A stretch of 64,000 nt of DNA from Candidatus Latescibacterota bacterium (lineage in GTDB: Bacteria; Latescibacterota; UBA2968): positions 2,112,001 through 2,176,000 of the forward strand of contig OZ241986.1 of assembly GCA_965204375.1 (NCBI GenBank). The letters are read 5' to 3'. The notes under the pieces are model-generated. The model saw only the letters and a program-made list of their open reading frames with translations, did not search any database and was not told the DNA's origin. Made by a program: the position numbers and the translations under genes. The stretch's first letter is position 1; every line of letters starts with the position of its first letter. Shown piece after piece: positions 9,715 to 18,045 of this stretch.

Positions 9715-10413
9715 TTACCAGTAATATTTAATTCCACCTGACAGATCTATCGCCTGCATTGGGAAGACTTTTTCCAGCCCCCAGTCCTCCAGGGGACGGA
9801 GTTCGCCCATAATCACATTATACCGCAAGCGAAGATCGATCACAAATTGCTCGGACCCCGCAATGCTGATCCCACCTCCAAATGAGAACGTCAGCGCCGC
9901 CACCTTGTCGTTGAAGGCGGGATTCATAATGCTGGTATCCAGGGATGTTCCCGACTGCCCGGGAAAAATCAACCCCGACACCTCGTTCGAGAATCCGAAG
10001 AACCCGACGCCACCCATTATATAAGGCGATGTGCCTTCGCCCAACTCATTGAAATGGAGCAGGCCGCTGGCGGTCAGGCTATTGAACGTCACGCCTTGAT
10101 CGACATTTGGGCTGCGGTAGTTCTGGCTGTCAATCGGCCATGTGAACTCGCGCGTATCCAAATCGCCGCCCAGCATCGAAGAATAGTGATACTCAATCTC
10201 GGCGACAATCCTCGACGAAGCTACATAGTTATAGCTAATCCCCAACTTGGGAGACGCAGAGTACCACTCGCCAAATTTGAACAACGGTACATTTGCACTC
10301 CCGAAAAACCCGATCCCCGACTGGCCTTCTTCCAAGGCTCCAGCCGTGGAAACCGAAATTAGAACCGCCCCAGCGAGGCATAGTGTTCTAAACATCTCTC
10401 TCAACATCCGCAT
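9715..10413 (-). CDS. Small outer-membrane beta-barrel protein (OmpA/OmpW-like membrane domain)
   Basis: Start at 10413 after AAGGAGG; signal peptide; amphipathic strands (SPYIMGGVGFF); ends KYYW. Confidence 0.7.
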   Translation of the reverse strand: MRMLREMFRTLCLAGAVLISVSTAGALEEGQSGIGFFGSANVPLFKFGEWYSASPKLGISYNYVASSRIVAEIEYHYSSMLGGDLDTREFTWPIDSQNYRSPNVDQGVTFNSLTASGLLHFNELGEGTSPYIMGGVGFFGFSNEVSGLIFPGQSGTSLDTSIMNPAFNDKVAALTFSFGGGISIAGSEQFVIDLRLRYNVIMGELRPLEDWGLEKVFPMQAIDLSGGIKYYW

Positions 10414-10697
10414 AAGCTGGCCCTCCTTTGAGATGGGAAAAATACAACACGTACAACTCGGTATCGCACTCAATTCAAATACTCCTCCTTTCTCCGGCTC
10501 AATCTATTCAAAAAACTTATTTTCTTACCAACAAAAACATCGGTTAACCTAATAAATTTCCAAACATAAATTTCTAACTTTCAGACACAAGTACAAAAAA
10601 ACCATCTATACCATGCCCTCCCGCTGGTTTTTAGACGGTTTTAGCTCCGAACTGATGACGAAGACAAACTACTGTTTATTATTCATTTATGACAAAT

Positions 10698-10765
10698 TTG
10701 TAATACAATCACACATTTGCACTTATATCGCAAATAATATGTATTAAAATTTCTCCCAATGTCAA
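10698..10765 (-). promoter_or_regulatory. Putative promoter/operator region of the outer-membrane operon
   Basis: TTGACA (minus) at 10760-10765 with only a weak -10; palindromes TTGTA-A-TACAA (10698-10708) and TTTGC-N9-GCAAA (10716-10734) in AT-rich DNA. Confidence 0.4.
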
Positions 10766-10777
10766 GTGTTTTTTTGA

Positions 10778-10924
10778 TCACTTTTCGTCTTTATTCGCTC
10801 CACAGGATTCCCGCACGACCAGATGCGATTCCAAGTTTATTTGTCGAGGCGTATTCTGACCCTCGAGTTGCTCCAGCATCAGATCCATTGCCGCCTGAGC
10901 AACCGCCTCGTAAGGCGTTACCAG
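10778..10924 (-). pseudogene. C-terminal stub of a LacI-family regulator
   Basis: Translates as LVTPYEAVAQAAMDLMLEQLEGQNTPRQINLESHLVVRESCGANKDEK*, clearly homologous to the C-termini of the LacI proteins at 13310 and 14603; no upstream portion. Confidence 0.9.
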
Positions 10925-10981
10925 TATATCGCCCCTAATAAAAAATAACAAGTCCTATTTTTTTTAATCGCCCTGCTGCGC

Positions 10982-11010
10982 TTGACAACGCCCTCCAACC
11001 CACTTAACTT
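10982..11010 (+). promoter_or_regulatory. sigma70-type promoter of the FGE-domain/peroxidase pair
   Basis: TTGACA-N17-TAACTT, about 40 bp upstream of ATG 11049. Confidence 0.6.
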
Positions 11011-11048
11011 TCGACATCTACATCACTGTATTCTTTTCGGATATCCCC

Positions 11049-12149
11049 ATGCTCGCTCGCCTGTATTTCACCTTTGTCTTCCTGCTGGGATTTGTTGCCT
11101 CTGCCAACGCGCAAGGCGATCCCGCCGAGATCCCCGCACGCTACGATCTGGCCCGCATGTCGCTGGAAGACGGCGAGGTCTATTATGCCGAGCAGCAATT
11201 CCTCAAAATCCTCAAAATTGACCCCAAGCACGCACCCACACATTTAATTTTGGGCCGCCTCTATCACCGTCAAAAACGCAACGCCAATGCTTATCGCCAC
11301 TTCAAAACCTATCTCGATATCTCGCCTGAAGCACCCGACAAAGCCACAGTTCGCGCCTTGCTCAATACCCTCGCCGAAAGCCTGAAAGCATCCGGCAAGG
11401 GGTGGGTGGTCATCGACCCATCAAAGCCCTGGCGGCCATCTGTCCCACCCCAACCCGATGAACTCGGTTTTATATCCATCCAGGGCGGCACCTTCCTTAT
11501 GGGTGCCACTTTTGAAAACGAAAAACCCATCCGCCTGGTCGCAGTGTCCGATTTCGAACTCCTGAACCACGAAGTCACAAACACTGAATACTTTGCCTTC
11601 ACCAGAGCCACAGGCCATCCCTCGCCCGAACACTGGCGCGAAGACTGGTTCTGGATGTCTGAGTTCGGCACCCATCCCGTAGTCAACATCACCTATTACG
11701 ACGCCGAAGCTTATTGCCAATGGCTGGACGCGCGCTTGCCCACCGAAGCAGAGTGGGAATACGCCTGCCGCGCGGGCCGCACCCAGGCCAAATATCCCTG
11801 GGGTGACGATCCGCCCGATGAACAAAAGGCCAATTACGGACGCATCTTCAAAACGCCTTACCCCACGAGAGCCGTCAAATCTCACCCCCCCAATGCCTAC
11901 GGTCTCTACGACATGGCGGGCAATGTGTGGGAGTGGTGTGCCGATTGGTACGATCCAAACTATTACAAAAATGCCCCCTCCGATAACCCTAAAGGGCCGG
12001 ACAAGGGCTTTGATTATCAACACACGCGCAGGGGTGGGCAATGGCAGTCCTCCCCCCATTCCCTGCGTTGTGCTCGCCGCTATGGTGGCGAACCCTCGGC
12101 TCAGGACAACGGCAGCATGGCCTACTTTGGCTTTCGCTGCGCGCGTTAG
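11049..12149 (+). CDS. Secreted TPR + FGE-sulfatase (SUMF1/EgtB/PvdO-like) domain protein
   Basis: Signal peptide, TPR; GGTFLMG, EVTNTEY, HPVVNIT, RLPTEAEWEYACRAG, PNAYGLYDMAGNVWEW, GFRCAR. Confidence 0.9.
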   Translation: MLARLYFTFVFLLGFVASANAQGDPAEIPARYDLARMSLEDGEVYYAEQQFLKILKIDPKHAPTHLILGRLYHRQKRNANAYRHFKTYLDISPEAPDKATVRALLNTLAESLKASGKGWVVIDPSKPWRPSVPPQPDELGFISIQGGTFLMGATFENEKPIRLVAVSDFELLNHEVTNTEYFAFTRATGHPSPEHWREDWFWMSEFGTHPVVNITYYDAEAYCQWLDARLPTEAEWEYACRAGRTQAKYPWGDDPPDEQKANYGRIFKTPYPTRAVKSHPPNAYGLYDMAGNVWEWCADWYDPNYYKNAPSDNPKGPDKGFDYQHTRRGGQWQSSPHSLRCARRYGGEPSAQDNGSMAYFGFRCAR

Positions 12150-12162
12150 AGGAGAGACCGCC

Positions 12163-13230
12163 ATGGCAATCCGCCTCACATTTCTCTGCGCCCTCCTGAT
12201 CGCCCTTCCGATAGTCATATATAGCGGCGACATACCCCGCGTGCCATTGGGCCATGACGAAATCCGCTATCTCAGCAGTATTCCCAAAGACAATCCCCTC
12301 ACCCAAACTAAAATAGCCCTGGGCAAACTCCTCTTTTTTGACAAACGGCTCTCCAGGGACGGCAGCATAGCCTGTGGTTCTTGCCATCAGCCCCACCGCG
12401 CCTTTACCGATGGCCGCGTCTTGCCCACCGGTATTGATGGTCAGACTCCCAGGCGCAATGTGCCCACCCTGATCAACCGGGCCTACGGCACGATTTATTT
12501 CTACGACGGCAGGGCTGCTTCCCTCGAAGAACAGGCCCTTATCCCCATCCAGAGTCCCACAGAAATGGGCAACACCCTCGAGCAGGTCGTCGCCACTTTA
12601 TCGGTTATCTCTGGTTACCGCACCCACTTCAAAGCCGCATTTGGGGACAGCACCATCACGCCCGACCGCATCGCCAAAGCCTTAGCCGCTTTCGAGCGCA
12701 CCCTGATCTCTGGCGAATCGCCCTACGATTTGTTTGAATACGGCGGTCCCAGAGGCGCCATGTCCAAATCTGCCATCCAGGGCCTGCGCCTTTTTCGCAC
12801 CAAAGCGCGTTGTACACTCTGCCACATGGGATTCAACTACACCGACGAAGACTTCCACAACATCGGCACGAGTTGGGACCGCGCCGATCTTTCCACTTAC
12901 GAAAAAACCGGTAATTTAGAAGACATCAAAGGTATCGATCCCGGGCGTTACGAACAAACCCAGAAGCCAGAACACTTTGGCGCAATGAAAACACCTACCC
13001 TCCGCGAAATTGCACGCACAGCTCCCTATATGCACGACGGCAGCATCAAAACCCTGCAAGAAATCATCGAATTTTACGACAAAGGCGGTACGCCCAATCC
13101 CTTCCTCGACGAATTGATTATCCCCCTCAACCTCACAGACGCCGAAAAACAGGACCTGATCGCCTTCCTCAAAGCACTCAACGGCATCAACTGGCTCCAC
13201 ATTGAGCCGCCATTTAAATTTCCTAAATAA
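12163..13230 (+). CDS. Di-heme cytochrome c peroxidase / MauG family protein
   Basis: Start 12163 after GAGGAG; two CxxCH motifs (CGSCH, CTLCH); LGKLLFFDKRLS; KTPTLREIARTAPYMHDG. Confidence 0.9.
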   Translation: MAIRLTFLCALLIALPIVIYSGDIPRVPLGHDEIRYLSSIPKDNPLTQTKIALGKLLFFDKRLSRDGSIACGSCHQPHRAFTDGRVLPTGIDGQTPRRNVPTLINRAYGTIYFYDGRAASLEEQALIPIQSPTEMGNTLEQVVATLSVISGYRTHFKAAFGDSTITPDRIAKALAAFERTLISGESPYDLFEYGGPRGAMSKSAIQGLRLFRTKARCTLCHMGFNYTDEDFHNIGTSWDRADLSTYEKTGNLEDIKGIDPGRYEQTQKPEHFGAMKTPTLREIARTAPYMHDGSIKTLQEIIEFYDKGGTPNPFLDELIIPLNLTDAEKQDLIAFLKALNGINWLHIEPPFKFPK

Positions 13231-13234
13231 ATGT

Positions 13235-13270
13235 AAAAAGGCGACCGAACTTTTATTCGGTCGCCTTTTT
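13235..13270. terminator. Bidirectional intrinsic terminator
   Basis: AAAAAGGCGACCGAA-loop-TTCGGTCGCCTTTTT; same stem as 2973-3007. Confidence 0.85.
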
Positions 13271-13309
13271 GCACACCACAACACAAAGGACTGAGATTCG
13301 ACATTTCTA

Positions 13310-14215
13310 TCATTTTTCGCTTTTGTTAGCCCCACACGATTCCCGTACGACCAGATCAGACCTCAGAGTTACTTGCCCGGGCTTGTCCTGCCCCTCGAGT
13401 TGTTCCAGCATCAGATCTATGGCGGCTTGAGCAATCGCTTCGTAAGGGGTTGCCAACGTCGTCAGGGACGGCATCATATAAGCCGCTACATCTATATCTC
13501 CATTACCCACCACAGCTACATCATCAGGTACGCGAATACCCGATTCTCGCAGGCCCCGACAAACGCCTATTGCCGTATAATCATCCCGACATACAAGAGC
13601 AGTAAACTGACCATCAAGCGCTTTCCCGAGGCGATACTCCACTTCTGAATAGGTGGTGCTAACAGGTATGTATTGGGGCATCAGGCCGTGCTTTTGCATC
13701 GCTAAAAGATATCCCTTACCCTTGTTTGAAAGCGGGCTGACTTCATTTTGATCCTCTCCAATAAATCCGATTCGCTCGTGACCCAACCTGATCAAATGCT
13801 CTGTGATCTCGTAAAAATTCGATACAAGGTCCAATACGACCCCATTGAGATTTTGAGTTGGATAGAAAAATGTCACCACTGGCACGCGCCCCCTCACGGT
13901 ATTCAAAATGCGCACTGATTCCTCTTCGTCACCTCGCGTATGAATTAAAAGTCCATCTACGCCTCGGGCAATCAACTGCCGGATCTGCAGGATCTGATCT
14001 TCCAGTGAGTTCTGAGAAATCCGATTAGAGGCCACTCTCAGCAGTAACTGATAATTCTGCTTATTAGCCTCCCTCAGAATATGGTCGACCAGACTTCCAA
14101 ACGTCTCGAGAAAAATGTGGTAGGTCAGCAACCCCAATGTACCCATCTTCTCCATTACAATCTCCTGCGCCATCAATTTGAGGCAGTAGTCGATCTCGAG
14201 CGATCTTCGTAGCAA
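13310..14215 (-). CDS. LacI-family protein lacking the HTH domain (truncated gene or pseudogene; start uncertain)
   Basis: Collinear with 14603-15628 from the hinge region onward (LKLMAQEIV vs PNLMARGIV); no TIKDIA HTH segment. Confidence 0.75.
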   Translation of the reverse strand: MLRRSLEIDYCLKLMAQEIVMEKMGTLGLLTYHIFLETFGSLVDHILREANKQNYQLLLRVASNRISQNSLEDQILQIRQLIARGVDGLLIHTRGDEEESVRILNTVRGRVPVVTFFYPTQNLNGVVLDLVSNFYEITEHLIRLGHERIGFIGEDQNEVSPLSNKGKGYLLAMQKHGLMPQYIPVSTTYSEVEYRLGKALDGQFTALVCRDDYTAIGVCRGLRESGIRVPDDVAVVGNGDIDVAAYMMPSLTTLATPYEAIAQAAIDLMLEQLEGQDKPGQVTLRSDLVVRESCGANKSEK

Positions 14216-14253
14216 GCCCAGTTATTTTGATATATAATCCCTTCTATTTTATG

Positions 14254-14269
14254 TGCAAAAACCGTGCCA
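14254..14269 (-). promoter_or_regulatory. sigma54 -24/-12 promoter
   Basis: TGGCACGGTTTTTGCA on the minus strand, matching TGGCACG-N4-TTGCW with GG-N10-GC spacing. Confidence 0.75.
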
Positions 14270-14286
14270 GTTTGTTAAAAATAAGC

Positions 14287-14299
14287 TAATTCTTTGATA
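14287..14299 (-). promoter_or_regulatory. IHF-binding site
   Basis: TATCAAAGAATTA fits WATCAANNNNTTR, just upstream of the sigma54 box. Confidence 0.55.
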
Positions 14300-14343
14300 A
14301 TGAAGGAGTTAGAGCAGATGGGGGATGATTCGCAAGTTTTTGA

Positions 14344-14476
14344 ATGTTGCATAATGCGACATCTTAAACCTCAAGAAACGCATATCCACTGAGTTGGATA
14401 TGAAACAAATATATGTTTATAGATGATTTATGAAAAATTGAAGATAGGATATAGAGAATTGTTGCAATTTAAAACA
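14344..14476. promoter_or_regulatory. Two candidate enhancer-binding-protein UAS sites
   Basis: TGTTGCATAATGCGACA (14345-14361, near-perfect palindrome) and TGTTGCAATTTAAAACA (14460-14476), both TGT-N11-ACA. Confidence 0.5.
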
Positions 14477-14517
14477 TATGTGACGAATAGTACCCAGAGC
14501 CAGAAGCGGTATGAAAC

Positions 14518-14554
14518 AATAAAGGGGGAACACGGTTTGTGTTCCCCCTTTATT
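14518..14554. terminator. Intrinsic terminator downstream of intact lacI-family gene
   Basis: AATAAAGGGGGAACAC-GGTTT-GTGTTCCCCCTTTATT, perfect 16-bp inverted repeat. Confidence 0.8.
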
Positions 14555-14602
14555 CATCAGGAGTAGTCAATCATCTAATCGGCACTATTGTATATAATAC
14601 CT

Positions 14603-15628
14603 TTAAATTATTTTGTTAGCTCCACACGATTCCCTTACCACCAGATTAGATCTCATGGTTATTTGCCGCGGCGTATTTTGCTCCTCAAATTGTTCCAACA
14701 TCAGATCCATCGCAGTCTGAGCAATCGCCTCGTAAGGCGTTACCAGCGTGGTTAGCGGTGGCGTCATATAAGCCGCCACGTCAATATCCCCACTCCCCAC
14801 CACAGCCACATCATCGGGTACGCAAAGACCCGATTCCCACAGACCCCGACAAACGCCTATTGCCGTATAATCATCCCGACACACAAGGGCTGTAAACCGA
14901 TCACCGAGTTCTTTGCTCTGACGATACCCAGATTCTGCAAAAATATCGCTAACAGGTATGTGTTCAGGTGTCAAGCTATGCTTTCGCATCGCCTGCAAAT
15001 ATCCTTTACCCCTACCTGAAACCGGGCTGGCCCCATTCCAGTCCTCGCCAATAAACCCAACCCGCTCATGCCCCAATTTGATCAAATGCTCTGTGGCCTC
15101 GTAAAAATCCGATACAAGGTCCAATATGACCCCACTCAAATTTTGAGTTGGATAAAAAAATGTCACTACTGGCACGCGTCCCTTAACGACATCCAAAATA
15201 CGCTCTGATTCTCCTTCGTCCCCTCGCGTATGAATTAAAAGTCCATCTACGCCCCAGGAAACCAACTGCTTGACCTGTATAATCTGGTCATCTCGTGGAT
15301 TTTTAGGAATCCGGTTAGAGGCCACTCCCATCATGATCTGATAATCATACTCATCAGCCACCTTCATTATCTGATCGGTCTGATATCCAAATGTCTCTTG
15401 GAAAATCTGGTAGGTCAGCAACCCCAGTGTACCTGTTTTTCCCGTCACAATCCCCCGCGCCATCAAATTGGGATTGTAGTCCATCTCGGCGGCTGTTTGT
15501 CGCACCAGTTCTCGGGTTTCCTCCTTCACCAATATCGAAGCGTTTGGAGATAGGGCACGTGAGACTGTTGAATACGAAATACCCAACTGCCTTGCTATAT
15601 CTTTGATGGTAACAGACCTTTTGTTCAT
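14603..15628 (-). CDS. LacI-family transcriptional regulator
   Basis: VTIKDIARQLGISYSTVSRAL HTH; YNPNLMARG hinge; VPDDVAVVG, PPLTT, LVVRESC. Confidence 0.95.
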   Translation of the reverse strand: MNKRSVTIKDIARQLGISYSTVSRALSPNASILVKEETRELVRQTAAEMDYNPNLMARGIVTGKTGTLGLLTYQIFQETFGYQTDQIMKVADEYDYQIMMGVASNRIPKNPRDDQIIQVKQLVSWGVDGLLIHTRGDEGESERILDVVKGRVPVVTFFYPTQNLSGVILDLVSDFYEATEHLIKLGHERVGFIGEDWNGASPVSGRGKGYLQAMRKHSLTPEHIPVSDIFAESGYRQSKELGDRFTALVCRDDYTAIGVCRGLWESGLCVPDDVAVVGSGDIDVAAYMTPPLTTLVTPYEAIAQTAMDLMLEQFEEQNTPRQITMRSNLVVRESCGANKII

Positions 15629-15719
15629 TAGATAACCCCTTTGCCAGGTAAACGACATAAACACTACAGAATTTAACAATTTTCGCAGAGATATGCTAAC
15701 AAATCAGGTTTATTTTTTT

Positions 15720-15733
15720 GCTAATCGCTTTGC
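15720..15733. promoter_or_regulatory. Candidate LacI-type operator (autoregulation)
   Basis: GCTAATCGCTTTGC, imperfect palindrome with central CG, about 90 bp upstream of the lacI start. Confidence 0.35.
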
Positions 15734-15786
15734 CTGTTCTACCAGACCGTGGAATGGTGCCAGTTGTTTGTCTTCTCTGGACATCG

Positions 15787-17940
15787 CTAATCCTCCTGAA
15801 AACTGCGAAGCGAGAACGCGCACGCCCGGCTCCAATCGCTCCACACCCCATGTGCATTTCGCACGCGCACCCGCCAATAATATTGCTCGCCAAAATTCAA
15901 TAGCCCTGCAAATTGCGGTTGCCAGCACGTCTTCCCCGCGTACGCCGTGCGGCTCACATACCGGTCAAAAGTGGGACACACGCACCACCGGAAATCCGGG
16001 TACCTGCTCACCTGTACGTGATAATCATCCACCTGTGACCCATTTCCCCCGGGTCGTTTCCAGCGAAACTCAAAATCCGCCCGATCTAATTCTGCGCCAT
16101 CATCCGGAAACACCGGTTCGGGTATATCCGGCGGTTTAATACAGTGCTCCTCCTGCCATCCGTAGATTATCCGAACATTCCGTTTTTCCTCTGTCTCGTC
16201 TCGATATTGAATGTGATTTTCACCACAGAACAGCGATGGCAAAGATCGCGTTGCACACTGCAAATCCGTATCAAACCAGATTTTATCCATCCCCACATCC
16301 CCGGCATTTGCGCCAGCCCACATCGCCACCTGAACATAATATTCATAACGCGGTCCAACCCGCCATCCTGGATCCCAATCTCCCCGCCAGTCGAACAAAG
16401 CCGGATTCAAATACCAGTCCAGATCCACACACGCACTTGCCCGATGTCCCGCTGCCACCCAGACCGACCGCCAGTCCTTTCCATCCAGAGACAGCAACAC
16501 CTCAAGCCCGTCTTTCCTGCTCGCCCGTCTGTAGGACAAACCCACCCGCGCTCCGGCAATTGGATATGGTGAACACACCTTCCAGATCATTCTGGAAACG
16601 CGCTGAGCCTGAATCGGATGAACAGCCGGCAATCGCCTCGACGCTTCCTGTACCACATTCACCTGCTGTTCTAATCCCCCCAGCGCCAGCGGATTTCGCA
16701 GATCGGGTCGATAGACCAACTTGCCATTGGAATACCGCACCTCCGGGTGCAACCGACGCCCTCGCACCACCGTCTTGCCCACCTGATCCCAATAGCGCAC
16801 CAGCTTCTCACCCGGCCGCAAGCGCATCGCCATCGTATGGGGCGGCGGCAACTGCGTCGTATCCTGTTGCACACGACCATCTCCCCGAGTCCAGGCACCA
16901 CTCGGATTGGTCGGATACACAAATTCCCGATTCTTGAACTGCGCGCTGTAATAATCCTTCTCCGCCAGATCCTTTCCCGCCAGCCCTAAGTTCCGGTGCG
17001 ATCTGCTCATCAATTCTGGATCCCGCTCCAGATCGGCGACACTGGCCACCGTGCGGTTATCCCGTTTTAAGAAAAACACCATCTGATCCGTATCGAGCAA
17101 ATGCCACGCCCTATTCGCCCACGCTTCGAAAATCGTATGGCTGCACTGCCTCCCCCTACCATGCCCATCCAGAATACCGCCAACCCACACCTCCCGCGAC
17201 TTCACCCCCATCACCTCACCCAACCTACTCGTGGCAATCGCATACCCTATACACCCCTCAAACCCATACGCATTGAACAACTTCACCGGATCGCTCACAT
17301 CGTCATACCACGACATCCCGCATCGGCTGTCGTAAACCTCATCCACGACAAACTGCCACAACGCCATCATCCGCTCTTCTTCGTCCAGATCCCGCCCGCC
17401 TATCGCCTCTTTTGCCATCGCCTCTACCGACCACCAATCCCGCTGTCCATTTGCCACCAGCCACGGATTCACCAGATCTGTTTCACCCGTATTCTCGATC
17501 ACCACATACAAATTTGGCTCAAACACCCGATCATAAGGCGGCATACTCGAATTTGGCCCCGGGCAATACACCTCTGGCCCAAGAGTTACAGCATTCGACT
17601 CATCTACATACCCACCCATCCGAACCTCAAACACCTCTGCCTCCTGCGTCAGCTCGACCTCTTTCTCACAGGGCGCACAGGGCACCTGTACTTCGACGGG
17701 CTCCATATCCTTCAACTCGTCCTGCTCGAGATACCGATCAGAACCAACGGCAAGATAATAATAAGTCTTTCCCGGTACCAAATCCGCCGCATCCACAAAC
17801 CGATCCTCTCGGGCAATGCCGACTTCTTCAAATGCACCATCCGCCCGATCCGCGCGATAGATTCGCATCCCCCGAGCGTCCTCGCATTTCACCTGCATGG
17901 TAACGCAATTGACAGCAGTATCTAAAATCTTGAGCGACAT
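15787..17940 (-). CDS. Transglutaminase-like domain protein with terminal Fn3-like domains
   Basis: Putative Cys-His-Asp triad: GFEGCIGYA, CSHTIFEAW, WHLLDTD; C-terminal YYWRVRVRN...WSDWS; no signal peptide. Confidence 0.65.
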   Translation of the reverse strand: MSLKILDTAVNCVTMQVKCEDARGMRIYRADRADGAFEEVGIAREDRFVDAADLVPGKTYYYLAVGSDRYLEQDELKDMEPVEVQVPCAPCEKEVELTQEAEVFEVRMGGYVDESNAVTLGPEVYCPGPNSSMPPYDRVFEPNLYVVIENTGETDLVNPWLVANGQRDWWSVEAMAKEAIGGRDLDEEERMMALWQFVVDEVYDSRCGMSWYDDVSDPVKLFNAYGFEGCIGYAIATSRLGEVMGVKSREVWVGGILDGHGRGRQCSHTIFEAWANRAWHLLDTDQMVFFLKRDNRTVASVADLERDPELMSRSHRNLGLAGKDLAEKDYYSAQFKNREFVYPTNPSGAWTRGDGRVQQDTTQLPPPHTMAMRLRPGEKLVRYWDQVGKTVVRGRRLHPEVRYSNGKLVYRPDLRNPLALGGLEQQVNVVQEASRRLPAVHPIQAQRVSRMIWKVCSPYPIAGARVGLSYRRASRKDGLEVLLSLDGKDWRSVWVAAGHRASACVDLDWYLNPALFDWRGDWDPGWRVGPRYEYYVQVAMWAGANAGDVGMDKIWFDTDLQCATRSLPSLFCGENHIQYRDETEEKRNVRIIYGWQEEHCIKPPDIPEPVFPDDGAELDRADFEFRWKRPGGNGSQVDDYHVQVSRYPDFRWCVCPTFDRYVSRTAYAGKTCWQPQFAGLLNFGEQYYWRVRVRNAHGVWSDWSRACAFSLRSFQED

Positions 17941-18045
17941 ATCCGATCCTCCTGATCAAAGCGGAAAATCGCTTGATAGATCATCCACACGCATGTTATA
18001 TTCCCTCAGATCTACCCTCTAACCCCCATTCCCAGGAGACACGCC

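Noticed and set aside
10652-10670. Hammerhead ribozyme core (CTGATGA)
   Set aside because: Followed by CGAAG with no stem II or GAAA, and no flanking stems found.
11049-12149. DGR target or sulfatase maturase
   Set aside because: No reverse transcriptase or template repeat seen in the window; the protein lacks the FGE catalytic Cys pair and is secreted whereas the sulfatase is cytoplasmic.
11803-12162. N-terminal extension of the peroxidase ORF
   Set aside because: Overlaps the FGE-domain gene in another frame; RBS and hydrophobic leader begin at 12163.
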